This document shows positions 40,272 through 49,465 of a DNA stretch of 64,000 nucleotides, piece by piece (the first letter of the stretch is position 1; each line of letters opens with the position of its first letter). Below the pieces are notes generated by a model. That model saw only the letters and a program-made list of their open reading frames with translations. It was not told the DNA's origin and searched no databases. The stretch is from Ferruginibacter sp. (lineage in GTDB: Bacteria > Bacteroidota > Bacteroidia > Chitinophagales > Chitinophagaceae), in contig JAHBTP010000005.1 in the NCBI GenBank assembly GCA_019638485.1, positions 23,093-87,092 on the forward strand, read 5' to 3'. The position numbers were made by a program, and so were the translations under genes.

Positions 40272-42308
40272 TTACCAAACTCCATATAAATTCACCCCCG
40301 TCATAAAACGTTGAGGTGGTGAGGGATTAAAAAATCTGTTTCCTACGGCATTCAAATCAGGGCCAAGGCTATATGGAGAGGTAAATGTCTTTTCATAAGC
40401 AAAGAAAATGGAAACAGCTTTACGCTCGGGGCTGCCTAATTTATATTCTGCCTTAACGAAGGACTGACTATAGGCTTCTGAGAATACGGTATTTGCATCA
40501 TTCAACGGAATTGCACCTGTATAAGAAAAGGAAGTTTGAAAATAAAAATGATTTAAAATTTTAAAATCAGCGCCAAAGGTAAACATCCTGGATGGTGTGC
40601 CGGTTAATTTATTATCATTAAATATATTTTGTCCTTGTTGATAATCCTTAAATCGTGCATGAAGCAAGGTTAGCGAACTACGCAAGTTTACCTCTCTCCA
40701 CACGCCACTTTGTTTTGAAATGAGCTTATATTGAATGGCTGCTTCCAATCCAAGTTGGTCTGTACGACCTGCATTAATAAAATAATCTCCTCCTGAACTA
40801 TCACGCCTGCTCACTATAGTTTCATTCAAACGAAAATAATATCCTGAAATTGTTCCCCACCAACGATTGCTTAACGAAAATCCTTTTAACCCTATTTCAA
40901 AGCTTCTACCCTCGTCTGCTCGTAGCGCCGAATTAAAAACACCATCGGTAGCATGTACTTCATCAATAGATGGTGGTGAAAAACCATCAGCTACTGAAGC
41001 GAATAAATTAAATTGTTTATTGAGCCTATATAATAATGCAAAACGAGGAATAACACGAGGTTTAAAATTACTGCTTTCGTTTGGAGTACCGGGTGTGCTA
41101 ACGCGCGTTAAGCCATAATGATAATTATTCAAACTTAATCCTCCGATAAGCTTAAATCTCTTTATATCGGCTGTTGTTTGAACAAATACATTCCACACCC
41201 GGCTTCCTATCTCATCCTGATATTGCAATGAATCTCTTTTTCCATTACGATTGCCATAAATACCGGTATTATTAAAAGTATATTGATATTCTCCACCCCC
41301 CACCAGTTGCCAGATACCATGGTGATACTGAAGTACGCTTCGTCCTCCTCCACCCAGTTCTGTCTTTAATTCATAGTTACGGGTAGTAGGGTTTTTGAAA
41401 TCAGTGTGTGAAATGTAAATTCCGGTAATATGAGAAAACGAATGGTTTAATTTTATTTCTGTGCTTATTGCGGAGTAAAGTGTTTTTAAATAAAGAGCAG
41501 CCTTATTGTTTTCAGCACCCGGTCTTGCTTGACGTGGATTAGCTAAAACTTCTGAAGCTGTTAACCCACCGGGAGTTTGATAATATAAATTACTATAGAA
41601 AATATTTGCCGAAATTGATTGATTTTTATTCACATCAAAAGCACCTCTATAATTCACAACATCACGATTCAATTCGCTTTGCTTACGATACCCGTTTGAT
41701 TGTTGATGCGAATAGGATACACTGTTATTAGCATTTGCGTGACTAAAAGTAGCTCTCCCTGCAGCATAGAAGAGACCATCACTTCCGACACTACTATGCA
41801 GTTGGAAGGTTCGTTTCCCTTCAGGAATCTCACGGCTTGAAATTAGCAGCACACCACCTGTTCCAGCACCATACATACTCCCACCCGGCCCTTTCAATAC
41901 CTCCATCTTCCCTACCAAATCAAACCCAATCTGATTTAGATATGTATTTCCATTGGCATCTGTAAATGGAACGCCATCCCAATACACTTTAACATTCCTA
42001 ACGCCAAAGGGTGACCGAAGAATATTCCCTCTAATACTCAAACGTACACTCCCCGGGCTACGCTCATCCATTTTTACACCCGCTATACTATTCATCGCAG
42101 CCAAAAAGGAAGCATCAGTTGTACGGTTAATTGAAGCGCGTGACAATATGGCTATTGACGCAGGAACTTCCCTTTCTTTTATCATTAACTCATAAGAGCG
42201 CACCATAAGTTCCGGTAAGGCAGCGGTATCGCTTAGTTGTTCACCTTGAGCCTGTGCCTTAGTGATAGAGAGAAAAAAGAAGAACATTATAAATAGGCTG
42301 TTATTCAT
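40272..42308 (-). CDS. TonB-dependent receptor
   Basis: Has a plug domain (VKVYWDGVPFTDANGN, EVLKGPGGSMYGAGTGGV), a beta-barrel and a C-terminal aromatic residue. The ATG at 42308 gives a good signal peptide; the ORF is open to 42383. Confidence 0.85.
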   Translation of the reverse strand: MNNSLFIMFFFFLSITKAQAQGEQLSDTAALPELMVRSYELMIKEREVPASIAILSRASINRTTDASFLAAMNSIAGVKMDERSPGSVRLSIRGNILRSPFGVRNVKVYWDGVPFTDANGNTYLNQIGFDLVGKMEVLKGPGGSMYGAGTGGVLLISSREIPEGKRTFQLHSSVGSDGLFYAAGRATFSHANANNSVSYSHQQSNGYRKQSELNRDVVNYRGAFDVNKNQSISANIFYSNLYYQTPGGLTASEVLANPRQARPGAENNKAALYLKTLYSAISTEIKLNHSFSHITGIYISHTDFKNPTTRNYELKTELGGGGRSVLQYHHGIWQLVGGGEYQYTFNNTGIYGNRNGKRDSLQYQDEIGSRVWNVFVQTTADIKRFKLIGGLSLNNYHYGLTRVSTPGTPNESSNFKPRVIPRFALLYRLNKQFNLFASVADGFSPPSIDEVHATDGVFNSALRADEGRSFEIGLKGFSLSNRWWGTISGYYFRLNETIVSRRDSSGGDYFINAGRTDQLGLEAAIQYKLISKQSGVWREVNLRSSLTLLHARFKDYQQGQNIFNDNKLTGTPSRMFTFGADFKILNHFYFQTSFSYTGAIPLNDANTVFSEAYSQSFVKAEYKLGSPERKAVSIFFAYEKTFTSPYSLGPDLNAVGNRFFNPSPPQRFMTGVNLYGVW

Positions 42309-42418
42309 AAGATAAGGTTTGATGTATTGGATTAAAACCATTAAAAAATACTTCAAAAAAGTGACAAATCCAATATTCATCAAACCTTATTAGATATCTT
42401 TTTGCAGCATTAGGCCAT

Positions 42419-43507
42419 TTATCTTTTAAACACAACGCGCTTGGGGTTAACACCGGAGCCTATAGAAATAACATACTGCTTCACACCTGCCGGATTAAAA
42501 CAAAATACTTCGCCGGGAGACACAAAGTCCTTTGAGTCACAAATGAACACATTACCATTCTCTTCATCAATATCTACAGAATAAACATTTGTTATAACCG
42601 TACCATCCGTAATAAAATTATCCCGAATAACACTATGATTCAACATATCATAAACTTTAATAGGACTGTTACCAAAATTATTAAAGAAAAAAGCGGTATT
42701 TCCAAAGCCCCTAATCTGACTATATTCAAAGCCTGCACCTAATTGAGCGACAACTTGATTTGTATTTGCATCAATAACTGCAGTGAATGCCGGAATCGGA
42801 GTTGTACCATAAATATCACCATAGCCTGTTACTAAAATTTCATGTTGATTACTAATTGCTAAACACTGAGGATTCAATCCAACTGTTACTCTTCGCAATT
42901 CAGAAAGATCACTCAGTTTGATTATAGACACTGTGCTGTCCACATTTGGATAGTTTAGTCCTCCACTATTCGCAACATACAAATAATCATCTGTTGCTAA
43001 AATTTGTTCCGGATTTGAACCCACAGTTATGCTTTGAGTGATGGTTAATGTAGTCGTATCAATAACAGAGACTGTGTTATCATAAGCTGTAACAAAAATC
43101 TTCCCATTTGCTTTAGCTGCGTAACGAGGATTTCGATTAGTAGTGCCATTCATAAATGAAATTCGGCTAATAAAAGAACCATTCATGGCGTTTAGTACAG
43201 TTACATTTCCCGAATTGTTCATTACAATATATAATTTGGAGCCATAAATCAGCATATCATTACCCACATCACCCAAGCCAGCCGTCATGGTTGGGTTTTG
43301 CTGTACAAAAAAATCAGGAAATACAGTACCGGATTCATTATCCCTATAGGCCAATTTTGCATTGTTGCCTCCGAATGCGCCTTCACTCAAAATATAAAGA
43401 CCTTTGGCAGGTTGGATGGGAGAAGGAATTTGAACGTCATTATTCTTGCTACAAGAAACTAATAATACTGTTACAGGCACTAACCAATTCAAGATTTTTC
43501 TTTTCAT
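42419..43507 (-). CDS. YncE/YVTN-type beta-propeller surface lipoprotein
   Basis: Has a lipobox (LLVSC) and repeated propeller blades (LYIVMNNSGNVTVL, IFVTAYDNTVSVID, LYVANSGG). Its ATG overlaps the upstream receptor stop (ATGA at 43504-43507). Confidence 0.75.
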   Translation of the reverse strand: MKRKILNWLVPVTVLLVSCSKNNDVQIPSPIQPAKGLYILSEGAFGGNNAKLAYRDNESGTVFPDFFVQQNPTMTAGLGDVGNDMLIYGSKLYIVMNNSGNVTVLNAMNGSFISRISFMNGTTNRNPRYAAKANGKIFVTAYDNTVSVIDTTTLTITQSITVGSNPEQILATDDYLYVANSGGLNYPNVDSTVSIIKLSDLSELRRVTVGLNPQCLAISNQHEILVTGYGDIYGTTPIPAFTAVIDANTNQVVAQLGAGFEYSQIRGFGNTAFFFNNFGNSPIKVYDMLNHSVIRDNFITDGTVITNVYSVDIDEENGNVFICDSKDFVSPGEVFCFNPAGVKQYVISIGSGVNPKRVVFKR

Positions 43508-45573
43508 TTTTTTGCTTTTTTATTTTCAAGAATTAATCCTATACGCCAATTCGATCCGGGCATAGGGAAGAATTTTACTACTTCGTATGATTTATTAAAA
43601 ATATTATTCCATTCAAATTGTGATTTCACTTTCCATCTTCCTTTACTGCTCCAGGAATAACTGGTATGAATATCACTAAGCACATATCCGGCAATATAAT
43701 TATCTGTGTTTTGAGCACCTTGTCTATAGCGATATCCGGAAAGCAGCATATTATATGCACAGGAAAAGTTTTTTATAACTGCTGCAATTCGTCCGCTTCC
43801 ATTATGCTCGGGGATAAAAGGAATCTGCTTATTGTATGCATAACTCATTCTGTCTGTTTTATCTTTTGCATCCTGAAAGCCATAATTAATAGAAAGGTTT
43901 AATTGTACTTTTTTATTCAATCGCAAATCGGCAAATAGGGCTGCATCAACACCGAGTGTTTGAACCTTTCCAATATTTGCCATTGACCATTGAAATAAAT
44001 TATTACGAGGGAGTGCCACAATTTTATCTTTCACATGCATCAAATAACCATCCACAGTAATCGAAAGCATAGAAACAGCAGGCCCTACATTATTACGTTC
44101 ATAGGTTAACCCAATATCGAATTGATTTGCTAGTTCCGGCTTAAGATTAGCATTACCTACATAAGTATAAAACTGATCATCTAATGATGGCGCGCGAAAT
44201 ATCTCTTTGTAAAATGCACGTACCCTTAGCGGCAAATAACTTAGTGGTTGAAATGAAAAAGATAATGCAGGAGATGGTCTGCTAATATCTCTACCCGCAT
44301 TACCAAAGGCTACGGTTTGAGAGATGTGGGTATATAAAAGATTTCCCAGAAATTCAATACGATGTTTTTTCCAATTAATAAAAGCATTTGACATTATTGT
44401 ATTACGGCGTGGAGATACAAAACCTGTAATAAATGTATCCTTTCGTGAAAGGATATTAAAGAACAAATCGGTGGCAATGCCAGAAGAAAGAGTTTCATTT
44501 ATCTTCCATCCACCGGCAAATGAAAAATAATGCTCTTGTTGAACGAAATCATTTTTAAGATATCCTGCACTATTCGAAAAATCATTATCAATATATACCT
44601 GCCTGTCTATTGAAGACTTCGCAGCTAATTGCAGTTGGATATTTGACAACAAGTTCTTTCTCCATATTAACTGAGCAAAACCGTGTCGGTTATTTAATCT
44701 TTGTGACGACTTAGGGTTATAAAAGATAACTGAGCCCGGTAAGCCACGATTTGATTGGTAATAAAAGGTTTTTATCAATAGTGTGCTGCTATCCCTTAAC
44801 ATTACCGGTAAATCAGATTCAATTTTCCATTGTTTAATATCAGCATTAGAGCGATACTGCAGGGTATCATTATGTTCATAGCCCTTAAAGGAATAATTAC
44901 CATCTGCCTGTTGGTAAAATCCATTAAGCAACCAACTCACCCGATTATTTAATTTTGAACGCATAAACAGCGTGGGACTAATTGAGCCAAATGATGCTCC
45001 TGATAACTTAATTAATACCTCATCAGGTTCATCCTTCTTTGTTGCATAAGAATTAATGGCTAATACAGCAACTTGTGAAAAGGCTCGTGCGGGTTGAAGC
45101 CAGGGCGATGGTGCCGATTGATATAGGCTGATATCCTTAACATTGTCCATTGAAATTCTTCCCAAATCAATTTGACCCGCTCGTGCATCCGCCATTATAA
45201 TTCCATCATACAAAACTCCGGTATGTTGTGCTCCCAAGCTGCGAACAGAAATTGTTTTAAGCCCTCCAATGCCACCATAGTCTTTCACCATTACACCTGA
45301 GAAAAACTTTACGGCATCAGCAACTGATACACTATTTAAGGTTTGTAATTCTTTTTCACTCAGCCTTTGAACAGCCACAGGTGAGGCACTTTCTGAAGAT
45401 GTGTTATGAACAACTACCGGCTTTAACGTGTCTATATTTTGAGCAATAACAAATTTGTCTTGACAAAGTGCAAGAATAAGCAACCACAGATATCGTAAAA
45501 AATATTTCAAACCAAATGGTTTAAAAGCCCACGAGGGAAAAGAAGGGTTGATAAATGCCAAAATCAATGACAC
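43504..45573 (-). CDS. TonB-dependent receptor, BtuB-like by context
   Basis: Has a plug domain (ISVRSLGAQHTGVLYDGI) and barrel motifs. It is the first gene after a cobalamin riboswitch. The start is uncertain: GTG at 45573, or TTG at 45510 giving MKYFLRYLWLLILALC. Confidence 0.85.
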   Translation of the reverse strand: MSLILAFINPSFPSWAFKPFGLKYFLRYLWLLILALCQDKFVIAQNIDTLKPVVVHNTSSESASPVAVQRLSEKELQTLNSVSVADAVKFFSGVMVKDYGGIGGLKTISVRSLGAQHTGVLYDGIIMADARAGQIDLGRISMDNVKDISLYQSAPSPWLQPARAFSQVAVLAINSYATKKDEPDEVLIKLSGASFGSISPTLFMRSKLNNRVSWLLNGFYQQADGNYSFKGYEHNDTLQYRSNADIKQWKIESDLPVMLRDSSTLLIKTFYYQSNRGLPGSVIFYNPKSSQRLNNRHGFAQLIWRKNLLSNIQLQLAAKSSIDRQVYIDNDFSNSAGYLKNDFVQQEHYFSFAGGWKINETLSSGIATDLFFNILSRKDTFITGFVSPRRNTIMSNAFINWKKHRIEFLGNLLYTHISQTVAFGNAGRDISRPSPALSFSFQPLSYLPLRVRAFYKEIFRAPSLDDQFYTYVGNANLKPELANQFDIGLTYERNNVGPAVSMLSITVDGYLMHVKDKIVALPRNNLFQWSMANIGKVQTLGVDAALFADLRLNKKVQLNLSINYGFQDAKDKTDRMSYAYNKQIPFIPEHNGSGRIAAVIKNFSCAYNMLLSGYRYRQGAQNTDNYIAGYVLSDIHTSYSWSSKGRWKVKSQFEWNNIFNKSYEVVKFFPMPGSNWRIGLILENKKAKK

Positions 45574-45611
45574 AATCCTTCGCTTTTCACCCGAAAGCTT
45601 TGATTAATGTA

Positions 45612-45795
45612 GAAACGGTACTGGCAGGTCTTCTGGCTAATTTTCGAAAGTGGACCTTCCCGCAATAGTGCAGTGGTGAAGCATTACTTTCGAGCCAACC
45701 GGAAAAATTCGGTTGACAACATTTTACAGCTACGGGGATAGCGCCGGAATTAAACCGGACTTCCCTATTAAGCCCATAGTGGGCACCAATCCAAT
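45612..45795 (-). promoter_or_regulatory. cobalamin (B12) riboswitch
   Basis: The minus strand reads GGTGCCCACTATGGGCTTAATAGGGAAGTCCGGTTTAATTCCGGCGCTATCCCCGTAGCTGTAAA...CACCACTGCACTATTGCGGGAAGGT...AGCCAGAAGACCTGCCAG. This matches the conserved AdoCbl riboswitch core and B12-box region. A GCTTTC...GAAAAGC hairpin follows, before the receptor start. Confidence 0.85.
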
Positions 45796-45796
45796 G

Positions 45797-45804
45797 CAAA
45801 TGTA
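45797..45804 (-). promoter_or_regulatory. Bacteroidota-type -7 promoter box for the riboswitch transcript
   Basis: TACATTTG (TAnnTTTG) on the minus strand, immediately upstream of the riboswitch 5' end. Confidence 0.35.
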
Positions 45805-45879
45805 TTCATAATATTTTTATTCCGTCAAAAGTTTCAGGAACAACCACAGATATTTGCGATATTGTAAAGTAGGTAGTAT

Positions 45880-45887
45880 TATTTTTG
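45880..45887 (+). promoter_or_regulatory. Bacteroidota-type -7 promoter box
   Basis: TATTTTTG sits 4 nt before the TolC ATG. A TTTG at 45853-45856 lies 23 nt upstream and could be a -33 element. Confidence 0.3.
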
Positions 45888-45891
45888 CTTT

Positions 45892-47325
45892 ATGAAGAAA
45901 ACAATTACTCTTCTTTTTCTTTGTTTGTTACTATTTTTCAATAGCGGGCAGTGCCAGGAAACGTGGAATTTACGTACCGTGGTTGACTATGCCATGAAAA
46001 ATAATTTGGGTGTCAAACAAAGCGATATTCAAGCTCGAATAGCTGCGATTACTTTAAAACAGTCACGTGCAGATATCTTTCCTTCCACACAATTGGGAGG
46101 TGGATTTAGCCTTAATTCGGGAAGCAATCAAGACCCCACTTCTTTTGGTAGAATTACAGAAACCTATAAAGGTGCAAGTATTCAATTTCAAACTAGTGCA
46201 GATATTTTTAATTTTTTCAGAAAACGTAATACCATATTAGCTAATGAATGGGATGTTCGGGCTTCAAAAGCTATGGTAGATAAGCAGCGATACGACATTG
46301 CTTTAGCCGCAGCAAATGCTTATTTGCAAATCTTATTATCGCTAGAGCAGGAAAAGATTACGCTTTTACAAATCAGTCAAACAACTGTTCAATTAAATAA
46401 TACACAAAAAATGGTTGAGGCGGGGTCGCTTCCCGAATTAAATGCCGTTCAATTAGAAGCTCAATTAGCCTCAGACAGTGTTAACTATATCACCACTAAA
46501 GGAAATACTTCTCTTGCCATTTTACAACTCAAAGCACTAATGGATCTTGATGCCGCTTTACCTTTTGAAATTGAAACGCCTGATGTAGAGAGAATACCTA
46601 TTGAGCCTATTGCTGAGTTGCAACCTGAGGATGTATATGCACTTGCACTAATCAATCAACCACAACAGCGTGTAAATGATTATAGATTAAAAATGTGGAA
46701 GTATAATCTTAAATCAGCAAAAGCCAGTATGCTTCCTACCTTTTCGGGATACGGTTCATTAGGTAGTGCATATAACAATCAGGCATTACACATTACCGGA
46801 GTTACTCCTGTAAATGCGCCGATAGGCAACGTGGATATAGGAGGCACATCGTATCAGGTTTTTCCAATAACCCCTTTCAACTCTTATAGTTATGCTAAAA
46901 CGAAATTTGGCCAACAGTTATCAGATAATTTTCGTCAAAGCATAGGCTTGTCAATAAACATTCCACTGTTTAATGGGCTTTCAATGCGGAGTAATTATTG
47001 GCGAAGCAAACTCAACTATGAAAGTACTGAATTACAAAAGAAACAAGATGATCAAAAGCTCAAGCAAGATATTTATCAAGCTTATACCGCAGCTATTACT
47101 GCAATGGAAAAATATAATGCCTCTAAAAAGAACTTGAGTACAAATGAAGTAGCATACAGTTTTGCCTCCAAGCGGTACGAGGTAGGTATGCTCAATGCAT
47201 TTGACTTATTAACCGCCCAGAATAATCTTTTCCGGGCAAGGTTAGAAAATACGATAAGCCGGTTTGATTATGTTTTTAAAATGAAGGTGCTGGAATTTTA
47301 CCGTGGACAAGGACTTAAGTTATAA
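45892..47325 (+). CDS. TolC family outer membrane protein
   Basis: 477 aa with a signal peptide and the two-repeat TolC architecture. Confidence 0.9.
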   Translation: MKKTITLLFLCLLLFFNSGQCQETWNLRTVVDYAMKNNLGVKQSDIQARIAAITLKQSRADIFPSTQLGGGFSLNSGSNQDPTSFGRITETYKGASIQFQTSADIFNFFRKRNTILANEWDVRASKAMVDKQRYDIALAAANAYLQILLSLEQEKITLLQISQTTVQLNNTQKMVEAGSLPELNAVQLEAQLASDSVNYITTKGNTSLAILQLKALMDLDAALPFEIETPDVERIPIEPIAELQPEDVYALALINQPQQRVNDYRLKMWKYNLKSAKASMLPTFSGYGSLGSAYNNQALHITGVTPVNAPIGNVDIGGTSYQVFPITPFNSYSYAKTKFGQQLSDNFRQSIGLSINIPLFNGLSMRSNYWRSKLNYESTELQKKQDDQKLKQDIYQAYTAAITAMEKYNASKKNLSTNEVAYSFASKRYEVGMLNAFDLLTAQNNLFRARLENTISRFDYVFKMKVLEFYRGQGLKL

Positions 47326-47347
47326 TTAAAAAATACAAAATCTATTC

Positions 47348-48727
47348 ATGAATAAAAAAACTAAATGGCTTCTAATCTCAATAGCTGCTTTGGTTGTAGT
47401 ACTTTTCGTTTTATCTAAATTGGGCGTTTTTGGAAAAGCAGAAGGCATTAATGTAACTACTGAAAAAGTTCAAAAGCGCAATATCATTCAAACCGTTACA
47501 GCAAGTGGAAAAGTATATCCCGAAATTGAGGTTAAAATTAGTCCTGACGTTAGCGGAGAGATAACTGAATTACTCGTTTCAGAAGGTGATACGGTTAAAA
47601 AGGGACAATTACTAGGCCGTATATACGCAGATATATACAGCACACAACGAGATCAGGCATCAAGCGGGGTATCCATAAGTGAGGCACAAGTGGCATCTGC
47701 ACAAGCACAGGCAGCTAATGCCAAAGCGAATGTTGCTGCTATGCGTGCAAATCTTGATCAGGCGCAGAAGACATTTGATATGCAAAAGCAACTTTATGAT
47801 GAAAAGGTAATAAGCAAAAACGAATTCAATATTGCTGATAATGCACTTAAAACTGCAAATGCAAATTATCAAGCTGCTTTAGAGGGATTAAGAGGAAATG
47901 AAGCAAGTATAAAAAGTGCACAAGCGAATGTACAAAGTTCACGAGCTGCTTTATCACGTGCGGACAAAGACCTTGACCGCACAGCAATTATTGCCCCGAT
48001 GGATGGTGTGGTTAGTCTTCTTAGTGTTAAAAGAGGTGAGCGTGTTGTTGGAAGTAATATGATGGCAGGAACAGAAATTTTGCGCATTGCAGATATGTCA
48101 AAAATTGAAGTTAGGGTTGATGTAGGAGAAAATGATATTCCTAAAGTGAAATTAGGCGATAAGGCAATTATAACCATTGATGCTTATAATGATAAAAAAT
48201 TTACTGGTGTAGTAACTCAAATTGCAGGTAGCAGTACGGGCGCTGCTCAACAAAGTAGTTTATCTTCTACTAATACTGACGTTACTCAGTATAAGGTTTC
48301 TATTCGTTTGGATTATGACAGCTACAAGGACCTTATCGGAAAAGGAGGTGTTTTCCCTTTCCGTCCCGGAATGAACACAAGTGCGGATATCCAAACCGAA
48401 AACCACCAAGATGTTTTGGGTGTTCCAATAAATGCAGTTTCCATTAGGGATAAAGAACAATCAGACAGCAGCCCAAATAAAATAGCTAAAACAGAATCTA
48501 ATGACGGTACAGATATTGTGGTTTTTCTATTAGGCAAAGATGGTAAAGCAATTCGCAAAAAAGTGGAATCGGGAATTCAGGATATAAATTACATTGAAAT
48601 ACTCAATGGGTTAAAGGAAGGCGATGAAGTAATTACCGGGCCATACGACGTAGTGAGCAAGACACTGCAAAATGGGACACAGGTAAAGAAGGTAGAAAAA
48701 GGGGATCTATATAAAATGAAAAAATAA
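47348..48727 (+). CDS. HlyD/MacA-type periplasmic adaptor (MFP) subunit
   Basis: N-terminal TM anchor, a long Ala/Gln coiled-coil hairpin and a barrel-sandwich domain (IIAPMDGVVS). Confidence 0.9.
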   Translation: MNKKTKWLLISIAALVVVLFVLSKLGVFGKAEGINVTTEKVQKRNIIQTVTASGKVYPEIEVKISPDVSGEITELLVSEGDTVKKGQLLGRIYADIYSTQRDQASSGVSISEAQVASAQAQAANAKANVAAMRANLDQAQKTFDMQKQLYDEKVISKNEFNIADNALKTANANYQAALEGLRGNEASIKSAQANVQSSRAALSRADKDLDRTAIIAPMDGVVSLLSVKRGERVVGSNMMAGTEILRIADMSKIEVRVDVGENDIPKVKLGDKAIITIDAYNDKKFTGVVTQIAGSSTGAAQQSSLSSTNTDVTQYKVSIRLDYDSYKDLIGKGGVFPFRPGMNTSADIQTENHQDVLGVPINAVSIRDKEQSDSSPNKIAKTESNDGTDIVVFLLGKDGKAIRKKVESGIQDINYIEILNGLKEGDEVITGPYDVVSKTLQNGTQVKKVEKGDLYKMKK

Positions 48728-48734
48728 TCACTTT

Positions 48735-49457
48735 TTAAAATAACTTCTCTGCATCAAGTACACTATTCGGTTTCCCCACATCAATAAAAGGCTCTCCCGA
48801 ATGATCAAATCCGTTTATCAAATGATTTGGAGCTAGTGTAAGGAAGGTTTCTGTAATTGAAAACTTTCCTTTTTGATTTATTAGGGAAAGAAAATCTTTT
48901 CTATAAACAGTAACACAAGTAAATGCCTTTTCTGTTAAAGTCTCTTCAGGAATAACTATTCGCTCATCCTTTGTTTTAACATTTCGCCATCCGCAAAGAC
49001 GGTTTTGATTATTCCATAAAAAATATCGATAAGTAATCCGTTGTTGAATACTTAACGTAGCCAATGCTTCGGATTGAAAGTGGAAATCAATCAGCTTGTT
49101 TAAGTTAAGACTGGTAAGTACATCTACATTTATGGTAACAAAGGGCTCATGTTGTAATAGTTTACTCGCATGCAGTAATCCACCTCCGGTTTCAAGGAGT
49201 TCCGCTTTTTCATCACTAATAACTATTTTACTACCCCAGCCATTATTCCTTGTTATCGCCTCTTCAATCTGGTCTGCAAAGTGATGAACATTAACTACCA
49301 CTTCGTATATGCCATATCGTTGCAGATATTCAATATTATGTTGAAGCAGAGGTTTTCCATTAACAAGTGCGAGCGCCTTAGGGTGGCTATCTGTCCAAGG
49401 TTTAAATCGTGTTCCTAACCCTGCAGAAAAGATCATTGCTTTTTTTATTATTCCCAT
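48735..49457 (-). CDS. sugar-1-phosphate nucleotidyltransferase, MurU-like
   Basis: N-terminal AMIFSAGLGTRFKP (G-x-G-T-R motif). It lies 8 nt downstream of the AmgK-like kinase gene. Confidence 0.8.
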   Translation of the reverse strand: MGIIKKAMIFSAGLGTRFKPWTDSHPKALALVNGKPLLQHNIEYLQRYGIYEVVVNVHHFADQIEEAITRNNGWGSKIVISDEKAELLETGGGLLHASKLLQHEPFVTINVDVLTSLNLNKLIDFHFQSEALATLSIQQRITYRYFLWNNQNRLCGWRNVKTKDERIVIPEETLTEKAFTCVTVYRKDFLSLINQKGKFSITETFLTLAPNHLINGFDHSGEPFIDVGKPNSVLDAEKLF

Positions 49458-49465
49458 TTTAAATG

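Noticed and set aside
45587-45799. 70-aa ORF upstream of the TonB receptor
   Set aside because: It coincides exactly with the cobalamin riboswitch sequence, so it is better explained as structured leader RNA.
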